A stretch of DNA of 64,000 bases from Octopus vulgaris (taxonomy: Eukaryota), in NCBI GenBank assembly GCA_951406725.2, contig OX597826.1, forward strand, positions 13,454,001 to 13,518,000, in the 5' to 3' direction. Made by a program: the position numbers and the translations under genes. Each line of letters opens with the position of its first letter. Position 1 is the stretch's first letter. Below are positions 25,170 to 37,978 of this stretch, piece by piece. The notes under the pieces were generated by a model. It was not told where the DNA came from, did not search any database, and was given only the letters and a program-made list of their open reading frames with translations.

Positions 25170-25770
25170 GAAACTTTCTGTCGGTAAGTATGAGGTCATG
25201 GAGAATCTCACTGACATTGAACTGTAACAATGAATCTCTTAACGCTGGAGAGGTAAGAATTTCATGTGGCATTTTCCAGGGTGACTCTCTATCACCATTT
25301 CTCTTTTGTCTAGCCTTAATACCTCTCTCCAAATTGCTCGATGATGTACAATACGGTTATAAAATGTTTGATAAAAATATAAATCATCTCATTTACATGG
25401 ATGATTTAAAGCTTTTTGCAAAAATAACCAACAAATCCAGGGCTTACTAGCGATTGTTAACCAATTCAGTGATGACATCATGATGCTATCTGGTCTCGAT
25501 AAATGTGCAAAAGCTACCTTTATCAAAGGAAAATTGGCAGAAACATCCAATGTTAATCTTGACCAGCAGAATGTCATAAAGAAATTAGAACCAGCTGAAA
25601 GCTCAAATACCTAGGGGTATTTGAAGGGGACGGAATCAAATATTCAATGATGAAGGAAAGGATCAGAAAAGAATGGTTTCGCAGGGTAAGACTAATACTC
25701 AAGACAGATCTGAATGCAAGAAACCGGATCGAAGCGATCAATACTTTAGCCATACCGGTTGTGACTTACC
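25170..25770 (+). pseudogene. R4/Dong-clade non-LTR reverse transcriptase fragment
   Basis: GIFQGDSLSPFLFCLALIPLS, HLIYMDDLKLFAK, KYLG, LNARNRIEAINTLAIPVVTY; directly follows a (CAA)/(TAA)n tract. Confidence 0.88.
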
Positions 25771-25873
25771 AATATGCACATATTGGTATGTTTGAAGTAA
25801 GACCATCTGGTATAACTTTTTCTTATTTGCATGTCTCCAGAAATGACAGATGACTTGATTTTAGCACGAAAAC

Positions 25874-26718
25874 GGGATCTTTACCTTTTGACCGGCAGAT
25901 TTACAAAATAATTTTTTGTAACTAAACACTTTCAAACTTCGTATACTGGTAGAATGTGTCATATAAAACATCTTTTACTCTTAGTGTTTTTGAGAAAAGT
26001 TTATATTTACGAAGTTATTTCGTGTTAAAGTTGTCGTATTTCAGTAATTTCAGCCAATCAATGACGTGTATTCAGCTGAATAAAATTACTGCCGTTGTTT
26101 GTCAACAACTTCCGGCGGTGTATATTTCATTTGTCACTCTTATATTTTCACCTCAGTTACGTTCGTATGAATAAACGAGTGTATCTGAAGCACGTTTACT
26201 TCATGGCACCACCACAGTTGTTCGTGCATTTCTACTGCTTTTAGTCTTTATTCCTGTTTTTCAGCTACTATTTTCGGAAATACTTTTTTGCTTCCCCCTA
26301 CCCCTCAATTTCTTCATTTCTCATATTTTTTCCGTAACTCTAATCCTAAAACCCCAGCCCTAACCCTAACCCTAAAACCTTAACCCTAGCCCTAACCCTA
26401 AAACCTTAAAGCTAAAACCAGTACAAACGCGCGAACGATGTAATAAATAACAGTGACAAACGAAATATACACCGCCGATAGTTGTTGTTGACAAACAACG
26501 GCAGTAATTTTATTCAGTTGAATACACGTCATTGATTGGTTGAAATTACCGAAATAAGACAACTTTAACACGAAATAACTTCGTAAATATAAACTTTTCT
26601 CAAAATCACTAAGAGTAAAAGATGTTTTATATGACACATTCTACTAGTACACGAAGTTTAAAAGTGTTTAGTTACAAAAATTATTTTTTAAATCTGCCGG
26701 TCAAAAGGTAAAGTTCCC
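25874..26718. mobile_element. Foldback element with ~270-bp TIRs, internal (CCCTAA)n and 6-bp TSD
   Basis: Arms 25874-26140 and about 26448-26718; TSD GAAAAC at 25868-25873 and 26719-26724; telomere-like repeats at 26335-26415. Confidence 0.93.
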
Positions 26719-27153
26719 GAAAACGATTACGATTTTTCACTGATAGAAATGTCGATTTCTCAACTTCTGATTCATATTTGAATGGTACGAAATCCATTGG
26801 CCCAGGATTGGGTTCAACACTGGGGTCTAGGGAAACTAACAGGGCTGACAACTGTAAGAAGAAATAGAACGCAAAAAACTGATGTCATCCCATCAACGTG
26901 TTGACGCTGGTTGCTCTCGTTCATACTTTAAATTTAAATTTCTGTAATTTTGAATTCTTATCACTTCTTATTTTGAACTTGACAAAGGCAGACATACGGT
27001 TGAAATATCGTTCAACTAATGAAATGTCTTACAATTGAATCGCACCCATCGTCTTGACTATTATCATTATTATTATTATTATTAGTCCCTCTGAAAATGA
27101 AAATGGAAATTTCCATCTCATATTCCCCCCTCTCTCTCTTTCTCCGTCTCTCC

Positions 27154-27190
<37 letters not shown>

Positions 27191-27639
27191 TTAATGATTC
27201 ACGTTTTGATATTTGAGTGCATAATAAAAGTCTTATGGAAGTTATCAAAAATAAAGCCATTGTTTAAAAACATGCTGTATGTAATATATACAAACTGTTT
27301 GGAGAGAATGCTGTGATGTTTGCTTTATGAACTGCATCCATATAGTGTCAGTCTAAAAAAATAAAGTATTTATTTATGTAAAATAAACTCGTTTTGAAGA
27401 AAATAATAATAGACTGAACATATTTACAAGACAGCTATGGCAATAAAATACTGGAAAAATTACAGTCCAACGGTCTGGACTTCATAACCACAGATTCATT
27501 ATAATATATTAGTAAATTTAGTGGAATTTCTTGAAGTAATGAATATAAGTAATATAAGTAATAAGACAATGTTCATTTTTCTTGACATAAAAAATTAATT
27601 ATTAGCGTAGCCTATTACATCTCTAGCTTCCTTTTATCT

Positions 27640-27817
27640 TTAATTTGTTTCGGTCACTGGATTGCGTCCATGCTGTAGTACCGCCTTCAAGTATGTAGTC
27701 TGACAAATCGACACCACTACCCATTTTCAAGTCAGGTGCTTATTCTATCACCCTCTTTCGCCGAAATGCTATACTATTGGAATGTTAAAAAAAAACAACA
27801 AGAATATTTGTCTGGGG

Positions 27818-27848
<31 letters not shown>

Positions 27849-27995
27849 CTTTCCTCACAATTTTCGCTTACCAAATTCTCTCACAAAGCGCTGGTCGGCC
27901 CGGAGCTATAGTTTAAAGCATACAAAGTACCACCCAATAGGATTGTACCCGAAATCATGTGGTTACAAAGCGAACTTTTTAACCATGCAGGCATG
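27640..27995 (-). mobile_element. SINE family B, old diverged copy
   Basis: Degenerate tail, (CA)n centre and head. Confidence 0.7.
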
Positions 27996-28562
27996 ACTAT
28001 ATCGAACTACGAAGAGACCATTTATACAGTAATACTGTCCGCAAGAAATGTCATCCAAATCGCTTCCTAATGTCGTAAACAAAAACAAAAAATGACACAT
28101 TCGGAAATATAGACCGTCATACATCAAAAGACAAGGCGCAAAATTATAGAATTGTTACAGCATTGGCTTGAAAGTTTCTCTGTATCCATTCCAGTTCCCT
28201 GCACTCTGTTGATGTCGACCTCCAAGTTTCAGTCCCGTACTGAGGTCTCTCTTTGTCTCTCCCTCCCTCTCTCTTTCTCTCTGGATTGTAGCTGTAACTC
28301 AAAGATCCATTGCTTCTGTGTTCTACATTGTTTCATAGTGAACTGGTCTGACAATTGCGTTTATAGCACACTTGTCTATGGAATACTCTGCCGCTGACAT
28401 TAGTTTCATATGTAGGAATGTAATTGGTTGAATAACTGAATACTCATCGTCGAAGGCGACAGTGAATCACCCATAGTAAAAGAGAGATTGGTAAAAGTTA
28501 ATAGACATCATTGATAGCTTACTAATACATAGTCCAAATATCTAGTCTTTCGTGACGTTAAT

Positions 28563-28643
28563 ATATTCACGTTAAGAAAAAAACTAGATTTTAGTAACCA
28601 ATAAATTTGCTTATTAAAATCCAATCTTTCTTAACGTGAATAT
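28563..28643. repeat. About 80-nt AT-rich hairpin
   Basis: atattcacgttaagaaa / tttcttaacgtgaatat perfect 17 bp, plus inner gattttagtaa / ttattaaaatc. Confidence 0.85.
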
Positions 28644-29203
28644 TTATTAACTATTTATTAAATTTATCTAATAATTTAATAATCTAATAATTTATTCTTC
28701 TATAAACAAAACACTATTTTTATGCATGAAAGAAACTGATAACGTTAATCCTAGATCAGTGATTACGTGTGGCGAAACAATCATACAACGATTTACCCAT
28801 TTAACGTCGTCTTAATCCTTGTTTCAGTTTCATTTTAATGATTTCTAAGATTTCGTATAAAATCAGACTTCTACAGACTGGAGAAGAGGTAATCAAAGTA
28901 ATTACCATCAGTACTTCACTGCTCACTTACTATATCAACTATATCATGGTTATAGGCAAGTTCAATGTTGGTGGAATTTAAAGTCAGAACATAAACAAAA
29001 TTAACCACAGACACTTCTAAAATATCATATACACAGAAAGAATCCAGAATCAAAGCGATGACTTACATATTTATTCTTAATACTTTCCGGAAGATTTCAT
29101 CGTAAATATGCTAATCGCCATTGCGTTTCGTCACAGGAGAACAGCTTCACTTTTACGATGAATACGTGTCTGTAACACACGCAATTCATTAGTACAGCTG
29201 AAT

Positions 29204-29247
29204 ATTGGACACCCTGTGTTTCAACGTCGTTGTGTCTCGTCAGCCAG
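29204..29247 (-). ncRNA. Hammerhead ribozyme-like motif (intact core, weak stem I)
   Basis: Minus strand: CTGACGA-gac acaacgac gtt-GAAACAC agg GTGTC. Confidence 0.5.
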
Positions 29248-29602
29248 AGACACCCAGATTAATGAATCTAACAAGATTCGAAGCTTTTGTTTATAACTTT
29301 AACTGACAAACTGTTAGCCGATCCGTGCTGATACCTACCAAAAGCGAGAATCAAAACTATGACTCGCAGACTTGGCTAGTCGTACAATGCTGTCGCTTAG
29401 AGACACTACAGGAAATGACTTGTACTTATTTATTTTATAATGACAAAAATGCAATGTAAAGAGTATTTGAACGGAATTGGAACATATAACGTAAATGGAC
29501 GTATGCTGGAAAGCATTCAATCTGATGTTCTTTTAGCGGTTCTGGACTACGGAAGAGCTTCAAAATATCATTGACTATATATATACACATGGCGGAAAGC
29601 GT

Positions 29603-29753
29603 AATTCCTCCGAGGTCGACTTTGCCTTTCATCCTATCGGGGTCGATAAATAAAGTACCAGTTACGCACTGGAGACGATGTAATCGACTTAATCCGTTTG
29701 TCTGTCCTTGTTTGTCCCCTCTGTGTTTAGCCCCTTGTGGGTAGTAAAGAAAT
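29603..29753 (+). mobile_element. SINE family A, 5'-truncated
   Basis: Body and tail match. Confidence 0.88.
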
Positions 29754-29789
29754 AGAAATAGATAGGTTGAGCACAAGACCAAAGACGAG

Positions 29790-30050
29790 AGTGAAGGACA
29801 TATTGAACTCATCTCAACTGTTATTGCTCAACGCAGTGTGAGATTTGCTGGATACTGGCATCGTGGTGAACAACAGGATATACTAGATGTTATATTTGGG
29901 AGAATTCCACATCCTAACAGAGGACAGAACTATTTGCGACATAATTGTGAAGACACACAACATAAAACTGAGGAACTACCAAAGCTAATGTGGGGACAGA
30001 TTTATGGCGCAGCGCTGTAAATACACCTTGTTTCTAACCGCTCGAAGACG
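29790..30050 (+). mobile_element. RTE-type LINE 3' remnant
   Basis: AQRSVRFAGYWHRGEQQDILDVIFG parallels RRVQFAGHCCRAEKEVISTLLLW in the 57189-57488 ORF. Confidence 0.55.
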
Positions 30051-31208
30051 AAGACTGCTTCTGTCATCGCCTGACATTTATCAACAATAATGAAATTGTG
30101 TGCATCACACGTGTCCTAAATTTAATTGCCTGATTTATTCATCCGTTTATAATTATCATTATCCATTTATTTTAACCTTGACTAAAGACATTAGTCAACA
30201 TGTAACATATATAGCCACCTATGAGCCTCTCACACATACACCATACGCATTACATATAAACACATACATACAAACGCTAACAGACTACACGCGCATACAC
30301 ATACATACGCACACACATACACGCAAATACACACGAACACGCATATAAACACGGATACACATGCACACAAACACAGACACACATGCTATGTTGGATTCAG
30401 AATTGTCGTAGATTTAGCAGAATAAATCATGTCTGTCAGCTTGGTGCGAATGTACCTGCCCCATGCAATGAAGTAATTTGCTGCTGAACAACAAACCGCT
30501 ATGTTTTTTTACTCCCCTACTTGCAAAAAGGTTTTTGATTTAGATATATTACGTGATAAATCTACTGAATATAAATTTCACTTGTTCTCTCTTCTCACCA
30601 CTCTAAGAATCGTCATTAAAAGACATCATCATCATCATTAGCACTGGTATTATCAACATCTGGCACCTCATGAGATCACGCGAACAATTATCCTTCACTG
30701 ATAAGGGCTAATAAGGCCGAAACATGGACAGAATGCGTCCCATTTCGGAACAATTCAGTGCATTAACAATTGGTTGAGGCAGCCTAATTTTAAGGAACCA
30801 AGTCCGAAGTTGTCACCATGTCTGCCAAAAGTGCCAATGAGGAAGATTCACGCTGTCGCTCGATCCGCTAGAAATATCAGTCAAATCTCACTTAAATATC
30901 ACTCAGTTGTTTCAAATAAGAAATGAGATTAATATCGTCGAAGATACTCCTAGAAAGAGATGGTAACCAGCAGAGAAATGCTTGTTTTGATCACAGGCCT
31001 GTTCGGTCAGGATTGCCCTGGGGCTCAACAGCAACAACAACAACAACAACAACAACAATAACAGCATCCATTGTCTTGCAAATCAGCGAAGGAGACTCAA
31101 CGTGGTTGCACTGTCTGTTAGAAATAGCAGCCAAATCTTCAAATCACATCCTATATTAAAATGTGTGTGATTTGAATAACATAGCCATAGATATACTTAT
31201 AATGTACT

Positions 31209-31295
31209 TTTTCTATTCCTGAGCGTTATACTAATACATCTGTTCGTTTTGTACACCACCTGTCTTCGTGTCTTGTTGTTTTCGTAAACTCTCCC
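31209..31295 (+). mobile_element. 87-bp insertion with a 19-bp direct-repeat flank
   Basis: GATATACTTATAATGTACT at 31190-31208 and 31296-31314; insert resembles 9620-9692. Confidence 0.75.
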
Positions 31296-32378
31296 GATAT
31301 ACTTATAATGTACTGAATAAAACATGGCGAAGTTGTGACCATATGTCTGCTAAATAAGGACTGACTTATAACTAAATAACAACAGGATCGCCTTTCTTGT
31401 CAATCATAGTCTTTTGTGCTTGTTTGTTTAATTTTTGCGTTGTCAGTGATGGAATCGTGGAGCAACGCAGAGATATTTTAATTTTTGACAGCTCGTCCGT
31501 CACCTTTCACGATGACCTAGCAACTGCCAATAAATATGCAAATAAATAAATAAAAGAGATCAATGAAGACACCACAGGGCACTTCAACAGAGACTCATCC
31601 ACGTTGGGGACCAGAGAATCACAACTACTCACGTCTCTACCAATATGAAACTTCACTACGAAAGTAGCGGTGATTCCTTGTTGGAAATGTGTGATACCCC
31701 TGCTGCCGGCCTGATAGATCCGACGTCTGTGGCTCAAAAAAGTTTCAGTCAACAGTAAACAATAGCGATAAGAACTGACGACGCAGCACTTCAATAAAGG
31801 ACGCTGTCGAGTGGCCGAGGACGGAAGAAACGCGACTGCTCTTGCTTTTACTACTCTTTTTGTGCGCCTAAAACAACGGAAGTGAGGTTAATTCGTTGCT
31901 ACAGAAATGCAGAGCATGACAATTAAATGATTAGTTAACTCTTAGTTGGAAATTTGTTAATTATCTGCCACACATTCTTACGAACTAGAAACGGAAGCTA
32001 GACAAGCCAAGATGTATTTTTAAAACTTGAAAGAGCTGCGTAGATATCAGAATCACTGTCTCGCTCTCAAACAATATGAGTGACTGGATATAGTGAAGAT
32101 AACTGCGTTTATATAAGAATGCAGATTGCTAGTGACAAAAGTAATTTCCAGTCCTACCGTCTAAACAGACATGTGTCCAGCTTTGAAACACAATTCCATA
32201 TGCTTATCTTGCATCTTCGTCTGTATCCCGGCATGCTGTTATGCCTCCACCTGCACAAGCTAGACCAATTGTATTTCTGTCACCAACTTCGCAGCTGCAG
32301 CTATGGAGATGACGGTTACTTAATTCTACCAAGCTTGATTTGAATGAAGTGAAAACAAACCGCTAAAATATACACACA

Positions 32379-32753
32379 CTAGCACTGTGACCCGGCAACG
32401 CCATGTCAAAGGGCCAGTGCATGCATATACAGCTGCATGCGTGCGCACATACACGCGAGTACTGTCCAAATCTCCGACCAATCACATACAGCTAGCTGGC
32501 ATTCAATTGGCGTATCAAGTTTCGGGCATTTTGATTGGGTTTTGGATAGAAAATTCACAAAAGACGTCACTTCTATTGATTTTTTCTTGGTTTTGCGGGG
32601 TGACTGGGGAAATGTAAAGATGTGCACGACCACCCTTGGACGGTTTTGAATGACCATAGAAAGTGCGAGCCCTCTAACTGAAAAATTGTGGATTTGTATA
32701 AAGGACACACACACACACACACAGACAGACATTTTGCTGTTTATATATAGAGA
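32379..32753 (-). mobile_element. Non-autonomous Helitron
   Basis: Minus strand starts TCTCTATATATAAA, carries (TGTC)/(TG) repeats and ends with a GC hairpin (ggcgttgccgggtc) and CTAG|T. Confidence 0.82.
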
Positions 32754-34043
32754 AATAATATGCACGTGTACATAAGATTGTATGGCCAGTGACCCATTTG
32801 AGTTCAGCAGTAGCTCTTTGATATAATATGATATCATGTGTGTTACAAGCAAATATAAAAACAAACAATCAGAAAAGGGACATTACCAAAAGTAGTTGCT
32901 GACCCCTTAAATCAAACTTTGTCATCTGAGAAGGAATTAAGATGGTCTCGGCTGGCGCACATTTGATCTTCGATCGGCTCTATCAGGGCTAACCTGGAGC
33001 CAGTTAGCGACTACCACACTATCTCCGATTGATTGTTGAGGATGTGTGATATTTTTAGTATCAGTCAGAAATCTATGGAAGAAGAAACGAAGAGTTCTTG
33101 AAACGAGCAAGTTGACTTTACTGTTTGTGCACATTTTCCCACGTTCGCACAACTTAACATCTGATAGCATGTTCTTATTTTCATGAATCTAGCTGGTGGT
33201 AGTGTGTAACTTCAGAGGAGAAGATACCCGCCGACCAGGAAAAAAACTGGTCCAAATGTTTGAAATATTGTGGACTTCATTAAAAGCACTTAGTGGCTAA
33301 GTGGTGGTGTTAAACAGCGTAAAGGATTACGTATCATAATGTGTATGGTTCATACGACAGTTTCTGTCTACTCACTTTCACTTAGGTCGACCTGAGTTTC
33401 TTACAGGTACATATCGCACTCAACGGTACCCTTGTTTTTGTGACCTATAGCTCATCGTTCTAGTTTATAAAATAAAAAAAAAAACAATAATAGTTTTAAT
33501 AATAATTCTACCGTCCGTTGGCGTATATTTAACGTCATAGCTTATACTATTTTATAGATTTGGAAGACAATTCAAAACTCCTTATAAAGCCTGTTATTTA
33601 TTGCAAGTAAAATGAGGAGATAAAACATGAAGGCTAATTAGGCAGGTACCTTAATTTACCTTAATAGAATATATTATCGCTGAACCAGTCTTTTGCTAAT
33701 TACCGAAACAAATGATGTTGCTAATTGACTGAAAACATGCGCCAATTCGTTCTACGATGGAACTCTTGTAATTTGATCGGTGAAAATTATCTTTGGATCA
33801 GAAGAAAACTTCTCTTTTTTTAGGCAAATATAAAAAAAAAAAAAATAAAAAGAACAAAATAGCACTTCTCACACGTATACCTGATAACGCGTGGTTTTAA
33901 GTTTGTTTATTTTCTGCGATGATGTGTATACGTGTCTGAAAGAGAAAGATAGTTACGTATTATTTTTTCCTATAATTCTATGAATATCACAAACTAACAC
34001 GTGTGTGTATGTGTTCATGTAAGACACACGTATATATGAACAT

Positions 34044-34097
<54 letters not shown>

Positions 34098-34163
34098 GCA
34101 ATACATCCCGGTGTTGCCCGGGTGTTACGACCTACAGCACATGGCATTATTTGTTCCTTTGAA

Positions 34164-34389
34164 GGCGGCGAGCTGGCAGAAACGTTAGCACGTCGGCCGA
34201 AATGCTTAGCGGTATTTCGTCTGCCGTTGCGTTCTGAGTTCAAATTCCGCCGAGCTCCACTTTGCCTTTCATACTTTCGGGGTCGATAAATTAAGTACCA
34301 GTTACGCACTGGGCTCAATGTAATCGACTTAACACCTATGTCTGTCCTTGCTTGTCCCCTCTATGTTTAGCCCTTGTGGGTAATAAAGT
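34164..34389 (+). mobile_element. SINE family A monomer
   Basis: Full match; flanked by the near-duplicate gg(c/t)attatttg(t/a)tccttt. Confidence 0.9.
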
Positions 34390-34614
34390 GGGTATTATTT
34401 GATCCTTTCTCATGGGTAGAATCAGCACAGCTGATATATAGTGAACTGGATTACTGGCGTAATGGAAATTATTGTTTGTTTGAAAGTGAAGGGATGGGAG
34501 GAGGGGACAATTTGCATGGGTTTGCATGAAAGTGCTTTCTGTTCTTAAGAAGGATCACAAACTATCTATTGTTTCATTGTATAAAAGGTGGTTAATAAGA
34601 TTTTGTTCAGAAAT

Positions 34615-35200
34615 CACGTTTGCAAAATTTTAATCTCCTTCCATCCTCACCGCAGTTTCTTAATTTATATTTTTTCGAATTTTTTTTTTTATCCACGTAG
34701 ATTATGAAACCGGAATATATATATATATTATTTAAAGTTTAATTCATCTTAAAGAAACACTCGATGCTCCTGCCACCACTTCGCCCACCCATCACCTACC
34801 CGCTTTGAAAAAGCTAAAATCTCCCTATGTTTCACTTTCGTCTGATGTTTCAGGCATGCGTAGAATTGTACTGAAATAGCAGACGTAAAACATACCAGAC
34901 CACCATCAGAAAACCCGACATGCTAGAAACAACAGGTAAACGACATTATATCTAAAGAAACTTCCCCGCTTTCCAAAGAGCTAAAAGAGAAACATTGGGA
35001 GTTTGTAACTTTTTGAAAGTGGTGTGGATGCTTGGGAAGGAGATTTTAGAGTTTCAGAAAAAGAAGGAAGAAAATTCTTGAAAGATTCGTAACCTGTCTT
35101 TTTCTCCGTGGATTATCAGGAAAAAATATTTGGAAAAAATTAAAAATTTTTAAAAATGAAGAAATTGGGGTGACAGAAAATTAGAATGTTGAGAATTTGT
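34615..35200. repeat. Old degenerate foldback element
   Basis: cgctttgaaaaagctaaaatctccctatgtttcactt pairs with aagagaaacattgggagtttgtaactttttgaaagtg; tcaccgcagtttctt pairs with aagaaattggggtga. Confidence 0.6.
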
Positions 35201-35478
35201 TTTCTGGGCGAAATTCTAATCTAGGAAAAAAATAAGTGGGGGCACAAATGTCACCGCGGACATGATAGAAACAGCAGGTAAAAGACAGGATTTGAGGGAA
35301 AATGTCCTTTTAAGTGTATATCGAAGATCAGATTTTTAAATACGCTCATCACATACACAAATTATAGAATAGAAAAAGGTCATTTCAGTTGGATCTGAGC
35401 TGTAATTTTGCGCATGCACACAGCAAAAAGTAACAATTCGTGCTGAAGTTTTACCGTGTGTGTGTGTATGTTTGTGTG

Positions 35479-35541
<63 letters not shown>

Positions 35542-35788
35542 TTGCTTGTGTGTGTGTATATGTACCAAAGGAAGCTATTTTATGGCATGCTTTCGTTTGA
35601 AGCAGCAAAGTTGTCAACTCGGTCATATGGTCGATCGTATGGGATCATGTGATTCTTCGCTAATTTCCTTAAAACATTTTTTATGTCATTATGCTTTGAA
35701 GAGAGCAGAAATTGAAAGACAGGAGAAAGTGAAAAGGTGACATTTGCTTTGAAGAGAGAGCAGAAAGTGAAAGAGAGGAGAAAGTATA

Positions 35789-35811
35789 TATGAAATGGAC
35801 GTGTGTGTGAC

Positions 35812-35842
<31 letters not shown>

Positions 35843-36220
35843 CAGAGTGAGTGAAAGTGTTTGTTGTCATGCATGCATTTTTTGCAAATATGTGTTAGTG
35901 GCACTCACTCGTTCTTTCTCTCTCTCTCTCTCACAATATCTTCCATATACACGTATATAAATACAGACGCAAGCATCTTTTGTGTATGAATGTGTGTGTA
36001 TGTATGAACGTGCATATGAAATGGACGTGTGTGTATGTGTGAGAAAGAGAGAGTGAGTGAAGATGCTTGTTGTCATGCATGTACTTTTTGCATGTATGTG
36101 TAAGTGGCACTCGTTCTCTCTCTCTCTTTCTCTGTCTCTCTCTCTCGCACACATTATCTTTCATATACATGTATATAAATATATAGTATACATCTTTTTT
36201 TGTATGTATGTGTGCGTGTG
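35789..36220. repeat. Tandem duplication of a ~225-bp unit
   Basis: tatgaaatggacgtgtgtgt...ttgttgtcatgcatg...agtggcactc occurs twice (about 35789 and 36015). Confidence 0.8.
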
Positions 36221-36537
36221 CATGCGTGTGTGAGAGAGAGAGAGAGAGAAAGAGAGCAGGTTACTGCATTTTCGCATAACATATAGAGAAATGGATATCT
36301 TTTAATGAAATGTTTTTTGTTGTGGTTTATTTCAATATAATATTTACGTGTACATTTTCATAAATGTCTGTCTGAATAGATTTCTACGTATGCATGAAAT
36401 ATCAGACGAAAATGAAATATTAGAAGCAAATCGAAATATTGCTCGAAAATGACCTCAAAATTGTGCAACCCGATCTCGTTTCCGAGGTTATTTTAACTGT
36501 AAAAAAGAGTTGTGCCAAAAGCAGTTTACTTGGTTGC

Positions 36538-36646
<109 letters not shown>

Positions 36647-36982
36647 GTATGTATAGATGATAAGAAGCTTGTTTTTTTATTGTAGTACAGATGTGACTAA
36701 TTCAGAGAAACATTACTTTCATTATTCACACATCGTCACTCTCGTAATGCAACACCTTGTAATTTTGGTTCAAATTGAAAGTGTGAAACTCTTTTCTCTT
36801 TCTAGTGAAATCTGGTTCTTGTAGAGCAGTGTCATTCAAATAACTATAGCTAGTTGTTGAGATAACGTAGAAAATATGTAATTGAAAATAAAGTTTATTT
36901 GGTAACCGAAAGCTTACTGAATCATTTGATACTCCATACGTTAAAATCGGCAGCTCAGTTTTCAAACGCATAATGAACATAT

Positions 36983-37032
<50 letters not shown>

Positions 37033-37259
37033 ACGCGTACACAAACTCTCTTTTATATACATAGTTAAATCTTGAATCTTAGTAAAGTCATCATATTATA
37101 AAAAGATTTGTTTCAACATACGATCCCACATCAAGGACCTCACCGACCAACAACTAAGACGAAGTATATACATATATAATATATTACTTTGTACGCCCTA
37201 TGATTGTAGCTGCTTGTATCTATGTATGTATGTATATATGATTAAGAGTATTATAAATG

Positions 37260-37506
37260 TTGTTTCTGGGGAGTTATATTATTTTAATATTTTATTATCT
37301 AACACTCCCACTAGTTCGATTTCTACTCATATATATATATATTCTTCTTCCAAAGTTTTCGTTGCTTTTGCAAGGTTGCAAAGTTGCAAAAGCAACGAAA
37401 ATTTTGGAAGAAACAAAAATATATAAATAATAAATGAATGGAAATCGAACCGGTGTGTGTATCAGATAGTAAGGCCTTAAGACACTCTGACTTTCCCCAG
37501 ACACAA
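37260..37506. repeat. About 245-bp palindrome made of two inverted repeat ends
   Basis: ttcttccaaagttttcgttgcttttgcaa / ttgcaaaagcaacgaaaattttggaagaa core; outer ctggggag / ttccccag; a single related arm at 46190-46310. Confidence 0.85.
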
Positions 37507-37654
37507 AAAAATTGCCTCAACACACTAATTCACATAAAGTATCTTGCAAACCAGATACAAGAGCGAAGTATTATATATGTCATTCTGGTATTTCTATACA
37601 ATGTTGTGCATGCATATATGCGTGCATATATATATATATATATAATGATAAACG

Positions 37655-37959
37655 TCGCCCTTTTCAAGCCTAGCCAGGCTCATGGGTCCGGTTTCCCAGT
37701 TTCTGTGGCGGATGTGTTCCCCTTAGCTGGACGGGACGCCAGTCCATCGCAGCGTTACTCAAGAAACAGGAAGAGAGAGTGAGAGAAAGTTGTGGCGAAA
37801 GAGTACTACAGGGGTCACCACCACCCCCTGCCGGAGCATCGTGGAGCTTTTTAGGTGATTTCGCTCAATAAACACACATAACACCCGGTCTGCTAATCGA
37901 AACCGCGATTCTCCGACCGTGAGTCCGCTGCCCCAACCGCTTAGCCATTGCGCCTTCAC
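37655..37959 (-). mobile_element. SINE family C, tail type 3
   Basis: Same structure as 20152-20451, with an undeleted head. Confidence 0.9.
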
Positions 37960-37978
37960 TGTATGTATATATATATAA

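Noticed and set aside
26335-26415. True telomere or chromosome-fusion scar
   Set aside because: Short, degenerate and located inside a TIR element with a TSD.
25956-26637. Two near-identical ORFs (MSYKTSFTLS...) on opposite strands
   Set aside because: A by-product of the foldback element's inverted arms; no protein motif.
31809-31841. Hammerhead-like gagtgg-CCGAGGA-cggaa-GAAACGCGA-ctgctc
   Set aside because: Stem II is missing and the cleavage triplet is defective; too degenerate to call.
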